Positions 30,618 through 43,311 of a stretch of DNA of 64,000 bases are shown here, in pieces. The stretch lies in the NCBI RefSeq assembly GCF_009914755.1, contig NC_060932.1. One strand, 5' to 3'. Source of the stretch: the human T2T-CHM13v2.0 reference genome, Homo sapiens. Position numbers and translations under genes: made by a program. Position 1 is the first letter of the stretch. Every line of letters begins with the position of its first letter. The notes under the pieces were generated by a model. The model saw only the letters and a program-made list of their open reading frames with translations, made no database searches and had not been told where the DNA came from.

Positions 30618-33221
30618 TTAAGTAAGTGCAAATGCTTTTCAAGTTCATATGAAATGAGTAATCTTTAGTAAATAAAAATGGTTTTAAAATTACTAGCAAA
30701 ATAAAAATGTCTTCAGAATTGTCAACATAGATTTTTGTATGGGTTTACTGGTTATTTTATATTTGCCTCTGGTAGAGATTTTAAGGTGCTAGAGTATGGC
30801 ATAAAGATTATAATACTATGAACTCAACCAAAAAACAGAATAACCTTTGTTTGGGTGGGGTTTTTTTGGCAAATAAAACTAATTTAAGATTGTTGGTTCA
30901 ATGAAATAAGAAGAATTTTCGAAGTTATTGGCAAAATACCCATGAGTTTAAGGTTCTTACTTAGGTGAACGCCTGATGTTCACAGGCTTTAAAAATGGTT
31001 AACAGGGAAATAAACTTAAATGATGATGAACTGTGTCTAATTGCAGTATCTCAGTTTTCAGAAGTCACCTAGATAAACTGTTAAAAATGAAAGAATTGAG
31101 TACATGTAAATGGGAGGAATGGTTGTAGGTGAAGTTTTTGCGTAATTTATTTTAAAATTATTCTGAATTTCATTATGGATGCTAATTGGATGTCTGGTCA
31201 TTTCCAGTGAAGAAAGTTTTATGATATGGGGAAATATGCTTCTAAAAATTGTGCAGTAGTTTTATCTATAAAATGCTAACATCCAAGATAGTTCAACATT
31301 TCTTTCTTCCTAGGATTTCACTAAAATTTCAGGTCATTAAGAGTAAGAATTCTAGTTAACATATAATTCTATCAGTTGTGTTCTTATTGAGAAAATCAAT
31401 AATGTTACATAATTTAGAGGTTATTTAAAAGTTATGTATGAAAGAAGTTAGAAATGGACCATTAAGTAGAAGACAGAGGTGTCAAGAAAGTTATGAATAT
31501 GAAGGTGAATTTTTGGTAAGAAAGATTATTAGAAACAGAATAAATTTTTTATGAGAAAAGATCTTATATGATAAATTTTTGTCCTAAAGTAAAATGACTG
31601 GTTATTTAGGAAGGAAGTAGTATAGGATAACTCAGAAATTTCAAGCATGTTGTAAGTAGTCTGTGTACATTGTTATAAGGTTTGTGAAAGAGAATTTATA
31701 AAAAGCATTTTGTGTCATTAAATTGGCTATAATTAAAAGAGAAACATTTATAGCGTTCTCTCTAAGATTGATTCCCTATGTTAAAACAAGATTTTCTTAA
31801 GGTATTGATTAATGAATATTCTTAATGAAACTTCAAAAAGGTTTTATTTTTAATTATATTACCTGTTTCTTTTTGAACACTTTCAGATTTATATCTAAAA
31901 AGTTCAACTTTTACTCTGTCTTCCTTCTTTCAGTTTTTTCTTTCCTTGATAATTCTCTCCAACTTTTTGTAAGCTTCCTCTGGATCTAACTATTGTTGTG
32001 GCCTGATGATGAAAAGTTTTACCTTGAAGATCTAGAAAAACAATGTTTTTTCCCCCTGAATAACTTGATTCTATACTTTTGGCTTTTCTTTACATGACTA
32101 ATTTTTTCAATTTATTTAGGACAATTCTCATACAGTTACTAAGAATTATATATTCCCCTGCTATACTCATAACCTTGAACACAGTCTTCCTAGGTTTGAT
32201 GAAACACAAGTACTTTTTTTCATCAGCTTTGGTTTCCAAGTTATCTAAATGAGCTTTCCATAGGAGAAGCAATCACACTGCAAGTGTTTTTTTTTTTTTT
32301 CTTTTTTTTTAATAACTGGCCTAAGAAACAAAGATTTTACATTTTATCAAGATAATTCCTGTGTTGTCTTCTCAGGTTTTTGATTTCTTAGGAAAACTGA
32401 ACTTTAAAAGAGTTAAGGTTTTATATTCGTGTAACTTTCTGTATTGATTTTTAAAAGTTTTTTATTACTATTGGTTACATGAATAACTATATTTCATTGG
32501 CCTCTGATTCCATTTTGATCACTTATTTTGGAGCTTTTAACATCTTTGACAAACCTCCTCAAAATAAAATAAATATTGCTCATTCTTTATATTTTTTCCA
32601 GAGACAGGAAAATCTTTTTTCTTTTAACTATTTATAGCTTACAAAAATTGAACATAACAACAAAGATTACCTTTCTCTCTCTACCTAATAAGTTCAGAAT
32701 TTCAAAACTGTTCAATCCTAGTGGGCCAGTCTGTTTTGCATTGCCAATGCACTGCTGCTAAAGCTAAACAAGATTAAGCACCCTTTGTTTAAGCTCAGGG
32801 ACTATCATGGAAGGGGTTGGCGTGTGATATTGTAAGGATCGGTTCTGAGGGATAAAATTACTTTAGACCCTTCAAATCAAAGACAGATACACAGGTGCCT
32901 AAACAGCTAATGGCTCAATACATAAGACTTATAGACAAGTCAACTTTGTAATCCTGCTTTTTGGCTTTTGTTTTCTGGCTCTTGTGTTACTTAAAAGGGG
33001 TCAAAGTGTTAATTAATGCCTGCCCACTTCTATTCCTATCTGGCTCAGAATGGTTACTTGGTCTAAGTCTTTTGACTCTAAGTCCCTTGGCCATAGGGGT
33101 CCTACAAAACAACATGATGAACTCAGGGCAGGTAGCCACACCACCCCAGCATCCATTTGGAATAAAATAAAACTTGACCACCAATACTGCCTCTGGCATA
33201 TCTTTACCAAAAAAGAGGGAA

Positions 33222-33960
33222 TATAAAATAAAGAATAAAATTATAAGACCATCACCAACTGAATGGAAACTTCCTTGGTCAAAGAAACCCCAGGAAAGGA
33301 AACCTTAAAAACTGTTTCCAACATGAAATGGGAGAATCAGACACTCCTCATTAAACTCCTTCCCTTTTATGGTTTAGACACAAGTGACCAGCACTAATGT
33401 TTACATAGAAATCATGAACTGATAGCAGACTCTCTGTGACAATAAGATACTGAATTAAAAACAGAACCTAAGGCTATACCAGGCAAGGGTCTCACGGCAC
33501 ACACCCCTACACTTAAAGAATATGCTATGTTCTAACTGTCACAAGGTTTTTATTTTTCTCTAGCAGCTAAACAAGCACTGGCCTTGCGATAAGCAGTATT
33601 AAAATAATTTGAAGTTCCCCCAGATGTTGACTGAACCCCAGCTCCTGTGTCACCAGCCATAACTACAACTTTGATTGAACAAGAGACTGGTTCCAGTAAC
33701 TTTTTCCTGATACCACTGACCATGGATTAGTTCTGGCCAGTTTACAGAAATTATGTACTTGTGTGCTTTTGTGTCCTGAAAAGAACCTTTAACATATAGG
33801 GCCTAATTGTAATACAATTAAATGTTAAGTCTCTACCCCAAGGTGAACATGAGTGGTGTGTTACATGCATATTTGTCTAATATACGTGTGTCAGGACCAC
33901 CTTAATAAATATTCATAGCTCTTCCTATAACCTGTTAAATACGTATGTTTAATCAACATA
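33222..33960 (+). mobile_element. MER4 (MER4D-like) LTR, 3'-truncated, preceded by its own PPT
   Basis: PPT aaaaaagagggaa at ~33209-33221, then tataaataaagaataaaattataagaccatcaccaactgaatgga (MER4 start TGTAAACCAAAAATAAAATTCTAAG) and ctagcagctaaacaagcactggcc. Confidence 0.75.
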
Positions 33961-33974
33961 TCATTATATTCTCA

Positions 33975-34555
33975 CAGGAGACCCAAGTATAACTGATAGT
34001 GGGGAACAAACTTATTGACTTTCTTATTGACATGGAGGCCATATATTTTGTAGTTAATACCAGTCTATCCCAATTTTAAAAAGACGATGGTAGTTGCAGT
34101 AATGTCAGGAAAAGCTGTAACTCACCCCTTCCTGCAAACTTTAAATTGTATTTTGGAGACCATAATGGTGGAAAAAGCTAAAACGATAAACTGTGCTCTT
34201 AAAAAAAATCCCTATATATGTCAAAAAAACTAATTTGACTCAACACAAGGTACTGACAGTTGCCCTGTTGTAAATCAAAATGGCTCCCCAAAATAGGCAC
34301 AAATTGACTCTCTTTAAAGTTATATGGCTGGTTATTCCAAGTTTCCACACTGGGAGGAGAATCTACTAATACTTTAAGAAATCTAGCAATAGTAAAATAT
34401 ATTAAGGCTCTAAGGACTAAATTAATTTCTCTTCGTAAGTTGCTTCTAGCAGGACCACTCAACCCACAGATGTGGCCCAACATCTTTTTCAACTGGGAGA
34501 TCAATTCCTAAAAACCTGAAAACAAACAAGATCCTGAACATCAACTCACTGCCTG
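33975..34555 (+). pseudogene. Retroviral protease and integrase remnants (RT/RNase H deleted)
   Basis: LIVGNKLIDFLIDMEAIYFVVNT resembles FLVDTGATYSVLNT. TNLTQHKVLTVALL*IKMAPQNRHKLTLFKVI resembles the gamma-like integrase LPIALLRIRMAP...LSPFEILYG. Confidence 0.72.
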
Positions 34556-35904
34556 GCCAAATGTTTTCATATCTATGTCCCCAGTGGAGCCCCCATTCAG
34601 CAGGAAGTAGCCAGAATAGACTTGCTCCATTTCCATAGAAATGGATTTAAAAATTGGCAGTGAGGAATTTGTAACCGAAGCAGTCACTCCATTTTAGAAT
34701 AACCATTCTTTCTCTTCCAATGCCTAATCTTTGTGCTTGCTTAAAAACTTCAGGAAGGAGCCCTGAGATAAAACCAAAATTTCAAAATGCCTTCTCAAAA
34801 TACAAAGTTGAGCATTAATCTACAATCCTCTTATAGTCTAGCTGAGACGAACCAGACCACCAGATGGCCCACTACTCAAGATAATCATCAGAACAAGACA
34901 TGTTGACCTGCACATAGTTTCCCAAGGTGCTTCCTTTTTAAAATCCCTTCAGCCAACCCGAGGAACCAAGATAGCTTTCGTCACACTAGTCGGACAACTT
35001 CTCGGGTTGCCAGCTTCTTGAATAAACCTGCTTTTCCGCCCACCAACTTTTGTTTCTTGAGTTCACTTTTGAACAACAAGCAGCTAAATCTGGGTTCTGT
35101 TACAATACTTTGGCCAAAACATACGACTCAGCCATATAGACCAAAATTAATTGAGAGGAAGTATCTGGAACATTACATGCCCTCAATAAATGGGTTCTAT
35201 TTGCTAGGAGAGTTAACACTTTTTTAGTCTTCTGGAATAAGACAATCAAATTAGCAAGGAAGATGTTTGTTTTTATTTGTACATATCTTGGGTAGTCCAA
35301 AAGCTATATTTCCATATGTAACATTAATCAAGACATAGCACATTTTATTTCCTTGGTGACCACTACCAGGATAGCTTAAGATTATGTAACTGATCTCTAT
35401 ATCCAATTTTCAAAAGTGAGTGGCTTTCAGACTTAATTATTTTATCCTACTTCTCTCCTTGTCAATGTGAATTTGAATATGCATTTAAAGTATTATACAT
35501 CTTAAGGACTCTCCATTATCTCCCTCACTCCAGTCCCAAGTTGATCACACCCAAATGTACATCTGAGAATTCTAAAGCACTAAACCACACGTAGTTTTTT
35601 CACAGCAGGTTGCTATATGACTCCTTTTGTTTGTAGTTTCCTCTATCTGAATTTTATTCCTCTGTGCTCCACATTTCTATCCACTTTTTCTCCACTACTT
35701 GAAAATCTTTTCTTTCAAAACTCAAGAATCATGTTACCACTTGTCCCACCCCAATCTCACAAAAAAAAACTCCTGTGGCTTTCACTGACCCTCCACCATC
35801 TCTGCAATCCCTGTGTAATTCTATCTAAGGTTCCTACCAAATAAGTTAAATGTCTGCCCATGTGTAGTTTAGCCTCCTCTTATGTGCTATAAGATCATGA
35901 GTCT

Positions 35905-36039
35905 TAATGAATGCACTTCAAAATTAATTGGAGAAGTTTTAAAATTAAGCTAGTCACTATCTTCTGTGGTAGAGCTCAAAGTAGTTTCCAAGCTCCCCGG
36001 CTGATTCTAATGTACAGACAGGGTGGAGAACCACTGCTA
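35905..36039. mobile_element. MER5A-like hAT MITE within L2 remnants (~35440-36125)
   Basis: caagctccccggctgattctaatgtacagacagggtggagaaccactg is the MER5A terminus. Confidence 0.65.
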
Positions 36040-37480
36040 TTAGGACCTCTGGTGTGGAAACATGTTTTATTTGTCTTTGAAATTTTAGTTCCTGATAAAG
36101 TGCCCAACACAGAGTAAGATATTAAAAGGATACAATATTAGCCCATCACATTTTATTAATCAAAGTGAAATGACTTCAAAAGTGTATTTTAAACTTCTAA
36201 CGCTTCAAAACACTGAAAATTAATCAGCTATGTTTCATCAAATAATTCAGTTTCTTAGTTGAAAAAATCTTTCCAAGGGTTATTAAATAACGATCCATAC
36301 AAGCCAATCTATGCATAAAACATTGTATGAAAATATGAATATTTATCCTTGTATGTGTATATTGCTCTATGGATAACCAGTTACACATAAAACTAGCCAT
36401 GCACACACATAGACACACACACTGGAAAATCTAGATTGTGTACAACATTCTGATCTTTAGGTTTTCAATAAGCGGGGCTGGGGGGGCTAGGGGGAGCTAT
36501 AATAGTTTCCAGAAATTAAATAAGACTGCTGTGAAACATAATTTAAAAGAGTCTGATAGAAACTAAGTAGATATTAAAGCATGCCGTCATAACGGGATTA
36601 GTTACATTTTTCCATCACATTGTTAAAATAAAAATAGGAGAGAAGAGGGATGGTAGGAAACAAATACAAAATAAAGTAAATCTTATCTTGAATTTAAAGC
36701 TAAAGATTAGCACTGCAGGTAGACAAAGATTTTACTAAAGAAAACATTAACAGAAAGCTTGGATTTCTATTGCCTGACACTGGTGCTGAAAAGAAAAATA
36801 CATATGGATAGACTGATGGATTGATAGCTTTATTTCACACAGAAAACAGGACTCCAGAAATAGTTTCTAATTCAAAAGAATAGGAAAGTATTTCGTTTTG
36901 TTTCTGTTATTGCTGTCAGCACCCATCTCAAAACTGTCTGAATAATAGAGATTGTTTTAAAATGCCTTGTGTTATAAAGAAAGCATTCAGCAACCTTATC
37001 TGAAATAATTCGAAATGTAGAACCATTCATTGCCCTTATCTAAAAGAATCTAAAGTATAAAATACCTTATAAAAGTTAATTTATCACATTAGATAAAATA
37101 CTTCATTTTAGGAAAAAAAGTCTAAATATTATTGAGAACTCAATAAAAATAATGTGGTAACTGTGTCAGCAGTTTGTGAAATAATCTAAGAATCATGTAT
37201 CTGAATCCTCCTTTTAAAAAGGCAGGACTGTTTGTCCTCACCCATGTCTTACTAATGACATCTTGTGATGTGTTAGAAAGACACATTCTGCCATTTTTAA
37301 AAAGTTCTCACAATGCAGCCTTTCAACATTAAGAATGGGAGAACAGCTTTGACTGGTTAATGGCTAGGACATTTTTACAACTGCAGTACAATTTTCTAGG
37401 AACAGAGCATTTGAAAGCGTTTTTAATACCAGATATGCACCTCCCATTTTTCAGTAGTGTGGGGATATTTGAGCGTGAGA

Positions 37481-37987
37481 CATCAAAAATAAAAAATGCT
37501 CCAGAGTTCAGTAGGGAAGGAAGACTACATTGAAGACTGTTGCAGGAGGGGAAAGAGATTGAACTCAACTCCACAGAAACAATTAGAGGATTTTTAAGCA
37601 TTAGGGTGAGCAAGTGGAAAATTACTGGAGTATGTGATGGGGGCGATTGGCCAAGGTGACTAGGCTATCTATGTTTGCTAATTGTTACTTATCTATTTTA
37701 GGGTTCTATGCTGCCACAGAAACTGGGAGATAGAGGCTCTTTCTTTTTGGTGATTACATTTTAAAGTGGCAACTCCCACTTCCTTGAGAAAGAAGATCTT
37801 GGGTCATGAAATTGGCAGGGGGCTTAAATAAGAGTCACATGTCAAAGAGACAGAAAAATATATATATACAATGGAAAGTTCTGTAATGTAAATATTCTTT
37901 AAAAAGGGAGGTCAGGAGCCTAGAGTCATGAAGAAATCTGTCTGAAGTTTGATCAAGCTGAGGGAAACATTTAGACAGATTTTGTAT
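37481..37987 (-). mobile_element. MER67-like ERV1 solo LTR
   Basis: gggaggtcaggagcctagagtcatgaagaaatctgtctgaagtttgatcaagctgagggaaaca is the reverse complement of the MER67 5' end. Also gagattgaactcaactcca. Confidence 0.72.
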
Positions 37988-38702
37988 GACATAAAGCAAC
38001 AAGATTAGCTCTCAGGATATCAAAAGGCTCACAAGGATGAGGACCAAAAATAGTATTTCTATAGTGCAGCCACTAAGTGTGGGAAAGTGCCTGGATTCAA
38101 ATCTAAGCTTTGCCATTAACTGGCTATGTAATTTTATCATTCTAAAACGTAAGCAAAAACAAAATAATTACAGGCAGATGTCAGCATTTCTGAGTAAGAA
38201 ATTTGTTATATTGTATAAATTGTCTTAATACATCATCCAGACGCTGGATAATTAAACTTCAGGCCCTAATGTGGGAAGACTTTGAAAAGAGTCATTAAAA
38301 GGAAAAATGTTTTCCATAGCGAAATAAGTATTTGATGCATTTGGCAGAGGATAGCCAGTGGAAAGAAAGAAGAAAAGAAGTAAACTTAGAGAAATATTGT
38401 GAGAAGGACCAGATCCCTGATAGGAGCATGGAATCTAAAAAGAACAGTAGTCTGTGAAAAATTGGTGGTGGCATGGAGGGAAAAAAGACTTTGAGAACAA
38501 GTATGTCTATCACTCAGTTTTAAATCGTTTGCAATTTTTTTTTTAATTATTAAATTTTGGGGTTTTGTTGGTACGTAGTCTATATATTTATGGGGTACAT
38601 AGGATATTTTGATAGAGGTATGCAATGCATTATAATCACTTAATGGAAAATTGGGTATTCATCCCCTCAAGCATTTATTCTTTGTGTTTCAAACAATCCA
38701 AT

Positions 38703-40951
38703 TGTATTAGTTCATTCTCACGGTGCTGATCAAACCATAACTGAGATTGGGTAATTTATAAAGACAAGGAGGTTTAATGGACTCACAGTTCCACGTGCTG
38801 GGGAGGCCCCACAATCATGGCAGAAGAAAAAAGTCATGTCTTACATGGAGGCAGGGAAGAGATAATGAGAGCCAAATGAAAAGGGAAGCCCCTTATAAAA
38901 CCATCAGATCTTATGAAACTTATTCACTACCATGAGAACAGTATGGAGAAAACCACCCTATGATTCAATTATATTCCACCAGGTCCCTCCCACAATATGA
39001 GGGAATTGTGGGAGGCTACAATTCAAGATGAGATTTGGGTGGAAACACAGCCAAACCATATCATTCCTCCCCTTGCACCTCCCAAATCTCATGTCCTCAC
39101 ATTTTAAAACCAATCATGCCTTCCCAACAGTCCCCCAAAGTCTTAACTCATTTCAGCATTAACTTGTAAGTCCACAGTCCAATGTCTCATTTTGTCTATG
39201 AGTCTGTAAAATCAAAAGCAAGTTAGTTACTTCCTAGATACAATGGGGGTATAGCAATTGGGTAAATACAGCCATTCCAAATGGATGCAATTAGCCAAAA
39301 TGCAGGGGGCTACAAGCACCACGCAAGTCTGAAATCCAGTGGGACAGTCAAATCTTAAAGCTCCAAAATTTTCTCCTTTGACTCCTGTCTCACATCCAAG
39401 TCACACTGATGCATGAGGTGGGTTCCCGTGGTCTTGAAGAGCTCTATCCCTATGGCTTTGCAGGGTATAGCCTCCCTCCCAGCTGCTTTCACAGACTGGC
39501 ATTGAGTGTCTGCAGCTTTTCCAGGTGCACAAAGCAAGCTGTCAATGCATCTACAATTCTGGGGTCTGGAGGATGGTGGCCCTCTTCTAACAGCTACACA
39601 AGGCAGTGCCCCAGTAAGGACTCTGTGTGTGGGCTCCGACTCCACATTTCCCTTCTGAATTGCCCTAGCAGCGGTTTGCCATGAGAGCCCCACTCCTGCA
39701 GCAAAATTCTGCCTGGACATTCTCTGAAATCTAGGTGGAGGTTCCCAAACCTCAATTCTTGACTTCTGTGCACCCACAGGCTCAACACCATGTGAAAGCT
39801 GCCAAGGAGGGTTTGTACCCTCAGAAGCCATGGCTTGGGCTGTATCTTGGCCCCTTTTAGCCACAGATGAGACATGGGACACCAAGACCAGAGACTGCAC
39901 AAAGCAGGGGTCCCTGGGCCCAGTCCATGAATCCAATTTTCCCTTTTAGGCATCCAGGAATGTGATGGGAGGGGCTACCACAAAAGTTTCAGACATGTCC
40001 TGGAGAGATTTTCCCCATTGTCTTGGTAACTAACAGTTGTCTTCTCATTACCTATGCAAATTTCTGCAGCTAGCTTGAGTTTCTCCTCAGAAAATGGGTT
40101 TTTCTTTTCTATCACTTTATCAGGTTGAAATTTTCTGAACTTTTATGTCCTGTTTATTTTTCAGAACTGAATGCTTTTAACAGCATCCAAATCACCTCTT
40201 GAATGCTTTGCTACTTAGAAATTTCTTCCACCAGATACCCTAAATTATCTCCCTCAAGTTTACAGTTTCACAAATCTCTAGGGCAGGGGCAAAATGCCAC
40301 CAGTCTCTTTGCTAAAACAAAGCAAGAGTTGCCCTTACTCCAGTTCCCAGCAAGTTCCTCATCTCCATCTGAGACCACCTCAACCCAAACTTAATTGTCC
40401 ATATCCCTATCAGCATTTTGGTCAAAACCATTCAAGAAGTCTCCAGGAAATTCCAAATCTTCCCACAACTTCCTGTCTTTTTCTGAGACCTTCAAACTGT
40501 TACCTCTGCCTGTTACCCAGTTCCAAAGTTGCTTCCATATTTTCAGGTATCTTTACAGGAGTGCCCTACTCCTGGTACCAATTTACGGTATTAGTCCATT
40601 TTCACCCTACTGATAAAGACATATCCAAGACTTTATAATTTATAAAGACAAGGAGATTTAATTGCCTTACAGTTCCATGTGGCTACAGAGGCCTCACAAT
40701 CATGGCAGAAGGCAAAAGGCACATCTTACTTACATGGCAGCAGGCAAGAGAGAATGAGAGCCAAGTGAAAGGGGAAACCTCTTAATAAACCATCATATCA
40801 CATGAGACTTATTCATTACCATGATAACAGTATGGGGGAACCACCCCCATCATTCAGTTATCTTGCACCAGGTCCCTCCCATGACATTTGGGAATTATGA
40901 GAGGTTCAATTCAAGATGAGATTTGGGTGGGGACACAGCCAAACCATATCA
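38703..40951 (-). mobile_element. Complete THE1 (THE1B/C) MaLR: LTR-internal-LTR
   Basis: LTRs at 38703-39063 and 40587-40951, both ending cagccaaaccatatca; ~1.5-kb THE1-int; 5-bp TSD ccaat at 38698-38702 and 40952-40956. Confidence 0.95.
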
Positions 40952-41127
40952 CCAATCATTCTGTTCTAGCTATTTTTAAATGTACAACTAAATTATTATT
41001 GATAATATTCACTCTGTTGTGCTATCAAATAGTAGGTGTTATTTATTCATTGTAACCACTTTTTTTGTACCCATTAACCATTCCCAATTTCTGGGTAGTA
41101 TGGACATTTTAACAATATTGATTTTTC

Positions 41128-41403
41128 TTTTTTTTTTTTTTTATGGACTATGATAACAATTTTATTGTGAACATTTCTTTTTTTTATTTTTTTTTATTTT
41201 TTTTTAATTTTTTTAATTTTTTTTTTTTTTATTGATCATTCTTGGGTGTTTCTCACAGAGGGGGATTTGGCAGGGTCATAGGACAATAGTGGAGGGAAGG
41301 TCAGCAGATAAACAAGTGAACAAAGGTCTCTGGTTTTCCTAGGCAGAGGACCCTGCGGCCTTCCGCAGTGTTTGTGTCCCTGGGTACTTAAGATTAGGGA
41401 GTG
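41128..41403 (-). mobile_element. Severely 5'-truncated SVA (SINE-R 3' end) with two poly(A) tails flanking a 35-bp 3' transduction
   Basis: tttattgatcattcttgggtgtttctcacagagggggatttggcagggtcataggacaatagtggaggg...gattagggagtg is the SVA 3' end. T tracts at 41128-41142 and 41178-41230. Confidence 0.93.
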
Positions 41404-43311
41404 CATGTTGATTTTGTATTCTGCAACTTTACTGAATTTGTGTATCAGTTCTAATAGTTTTTGGTGAAGTCTTTATGTTACTCCAAATGTAAGATTATAT
41501 AATCTGCAAACAAGCATAATTTGACTTATTCCTTTCCAAGATGGATGCCCTTTATATCTTTCTTTTGTCTGATCACTCTAGTTAGGACTTCCAGTACTAT
41601 GTTGAATAACAGTTGTGAAAATAGGCATCCTTGTCGTGTTCCAGATGTAAGTGGAAGGGCTTTCATTTTTTCCCCATTCAGTATGATACTAGTTGTTTGT
41701 CTGTCATATGTGGCTTTTATTATGTTTAGGTATGTTCCTTCTATAACCAGTTTTTTGAAAGTTTTATGAAGAGGTATTGAACTACAAAAGATTTTTTTAG
41801 CATCAGTTGAAATGATAATATGGTTTTTAATGTTCCTTTTGTTGATATGATGCATTGCATTGATTGATTTTTGTATGTTCAACCATCCTTGCATCCCAGT
41901 GGTATCACACTTGGTCATGATGAATGGTCTTTTTACTGTATTGTTGAAATTGGTTTGATAATATTTTGTTGGGGATTTTTGCATCAATATTTATCAGAGA
42001 TACTAGCCTGTAGTTTTCTTTGTTTTATATATCTGTCTGATTTTGGTATCAGGGAAATATTGGCCTCATAGAATCAGTTTGGAAGTAATCAATTTTTTTG
42101 AACCATCTGAGTACGATTAGTGTTATTTCTTCTTTAAATGTTTGGTAGATTTCAGCAGTGAAGTCATCAGGTCCTGGGCTTTTCTTTACTGGCTCATGTT
42201 TCAAATTTCTTTCTGGTTCAATCTTGGTTGGTTGTACGTGTCTAGAAATTTATTCTTTTCTTCTAAATTTTCTTATTTATTGACATATACTTGTTCATAG
42301 TAGCCATAAATGTACTTTGATTTTCTGTGATCTCAGTTGTAATGTCTCCTTTCTCTTTCTCAATTTTATTCATTTGGGTGTTCTCTCTTTTTTTTAGACT
42401 GGCTAAAGGTTGGTCAATTGTGTTTATCTTTTCAAAATAAACAACTTTTTGTTTCATTACTTGTTTTGTATTTTCTTTATTTCAAATTTACATATTTCTT
42501 CTTTGCTCATTATTATTTATTATCTTCTACTAATTTTGGGTGTGTTTTACTCTTGCTTTTGTAGTTCCTTATGTTGGATCATTAGGTTGTTTATTTGGTA
42601 TTTTTCTACTTTATTTATGTAGGCACTTATAGCTATAAACTTACCTCTTAGTACTTGTTTTGCTCTATCCCATAGGAGTTGGTATGTTGTGTTTCCAATA
42701 TCATTTACTACAAGAAATTTTCCTTTTTATTTCTTCATTGACCAACTGGTCATTTGCATGTTCTTTAATTACTATGTGTTTGTATAGTTTTCAAAATTTC
42801 TCTTATTAATTTCTAGGTTTTCCTGTGGTCAGAGAAGATGCTTGATACTACTTTAATTTTTTGAATGTTTTAATACTTGTTTTGTGACCTAACATATGAT
42901 CTACCCTTGAGAATTATCTATATGCTGAGGAAAATAATGTGTATTACACAGCCATTGGATGAAATATTCTGTAACTATCTCTTAGGTACATTTGTTATAT
43001 AATTTACTCTGAAGCTTCTTTGCTATTTTTTTTGTCTGGGAGATTTGTCCCATGCTGAAAGTGGGGGGTTGAAGTCCCCAGCTATTATTGTATTGGGATC
43101 TATCTCTCTCTTTAGGTCTAATAGTATTTACTCTATATATATATCTGGGTGCTCCGTGTTGGGTGCATATATATTCATAACTATATTATACTCTTGCTGA
43201 ATTAATCCCTTTATCATTATATAATGATCTTCTTTGTCTCATAATTTTGTCTTGAAATCCATTTTGAAATAAATATAGCTACTCCTTCTCATTTTTGGTG
43301 TCCATTGGCAT

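Larger units (their letters stand above)
28537..35104 (+). mobile_element. Defective ERV1 (MER4-group-like) provirus with paired LTRs; LTR family not assigned
   Basis: 5' LTR ~28537-28983 and 3' LTR 34670-35104 share blocks such as ccagaccaccagatggccca...ctcaagataatcatcagaacaagacatg and aataaacctgcttttcc. PBS follows the 5' LTR; a purine tract precedes the 3' LTR; candidate 4-bp TSD gtac/atac. Confidence 0.85.

Noticed and set aside
39355-39936. 193-aa ORF as a gene
   Set aside because: It lies wholly within THE1-int and is a remnant of the MaLR internal frame.
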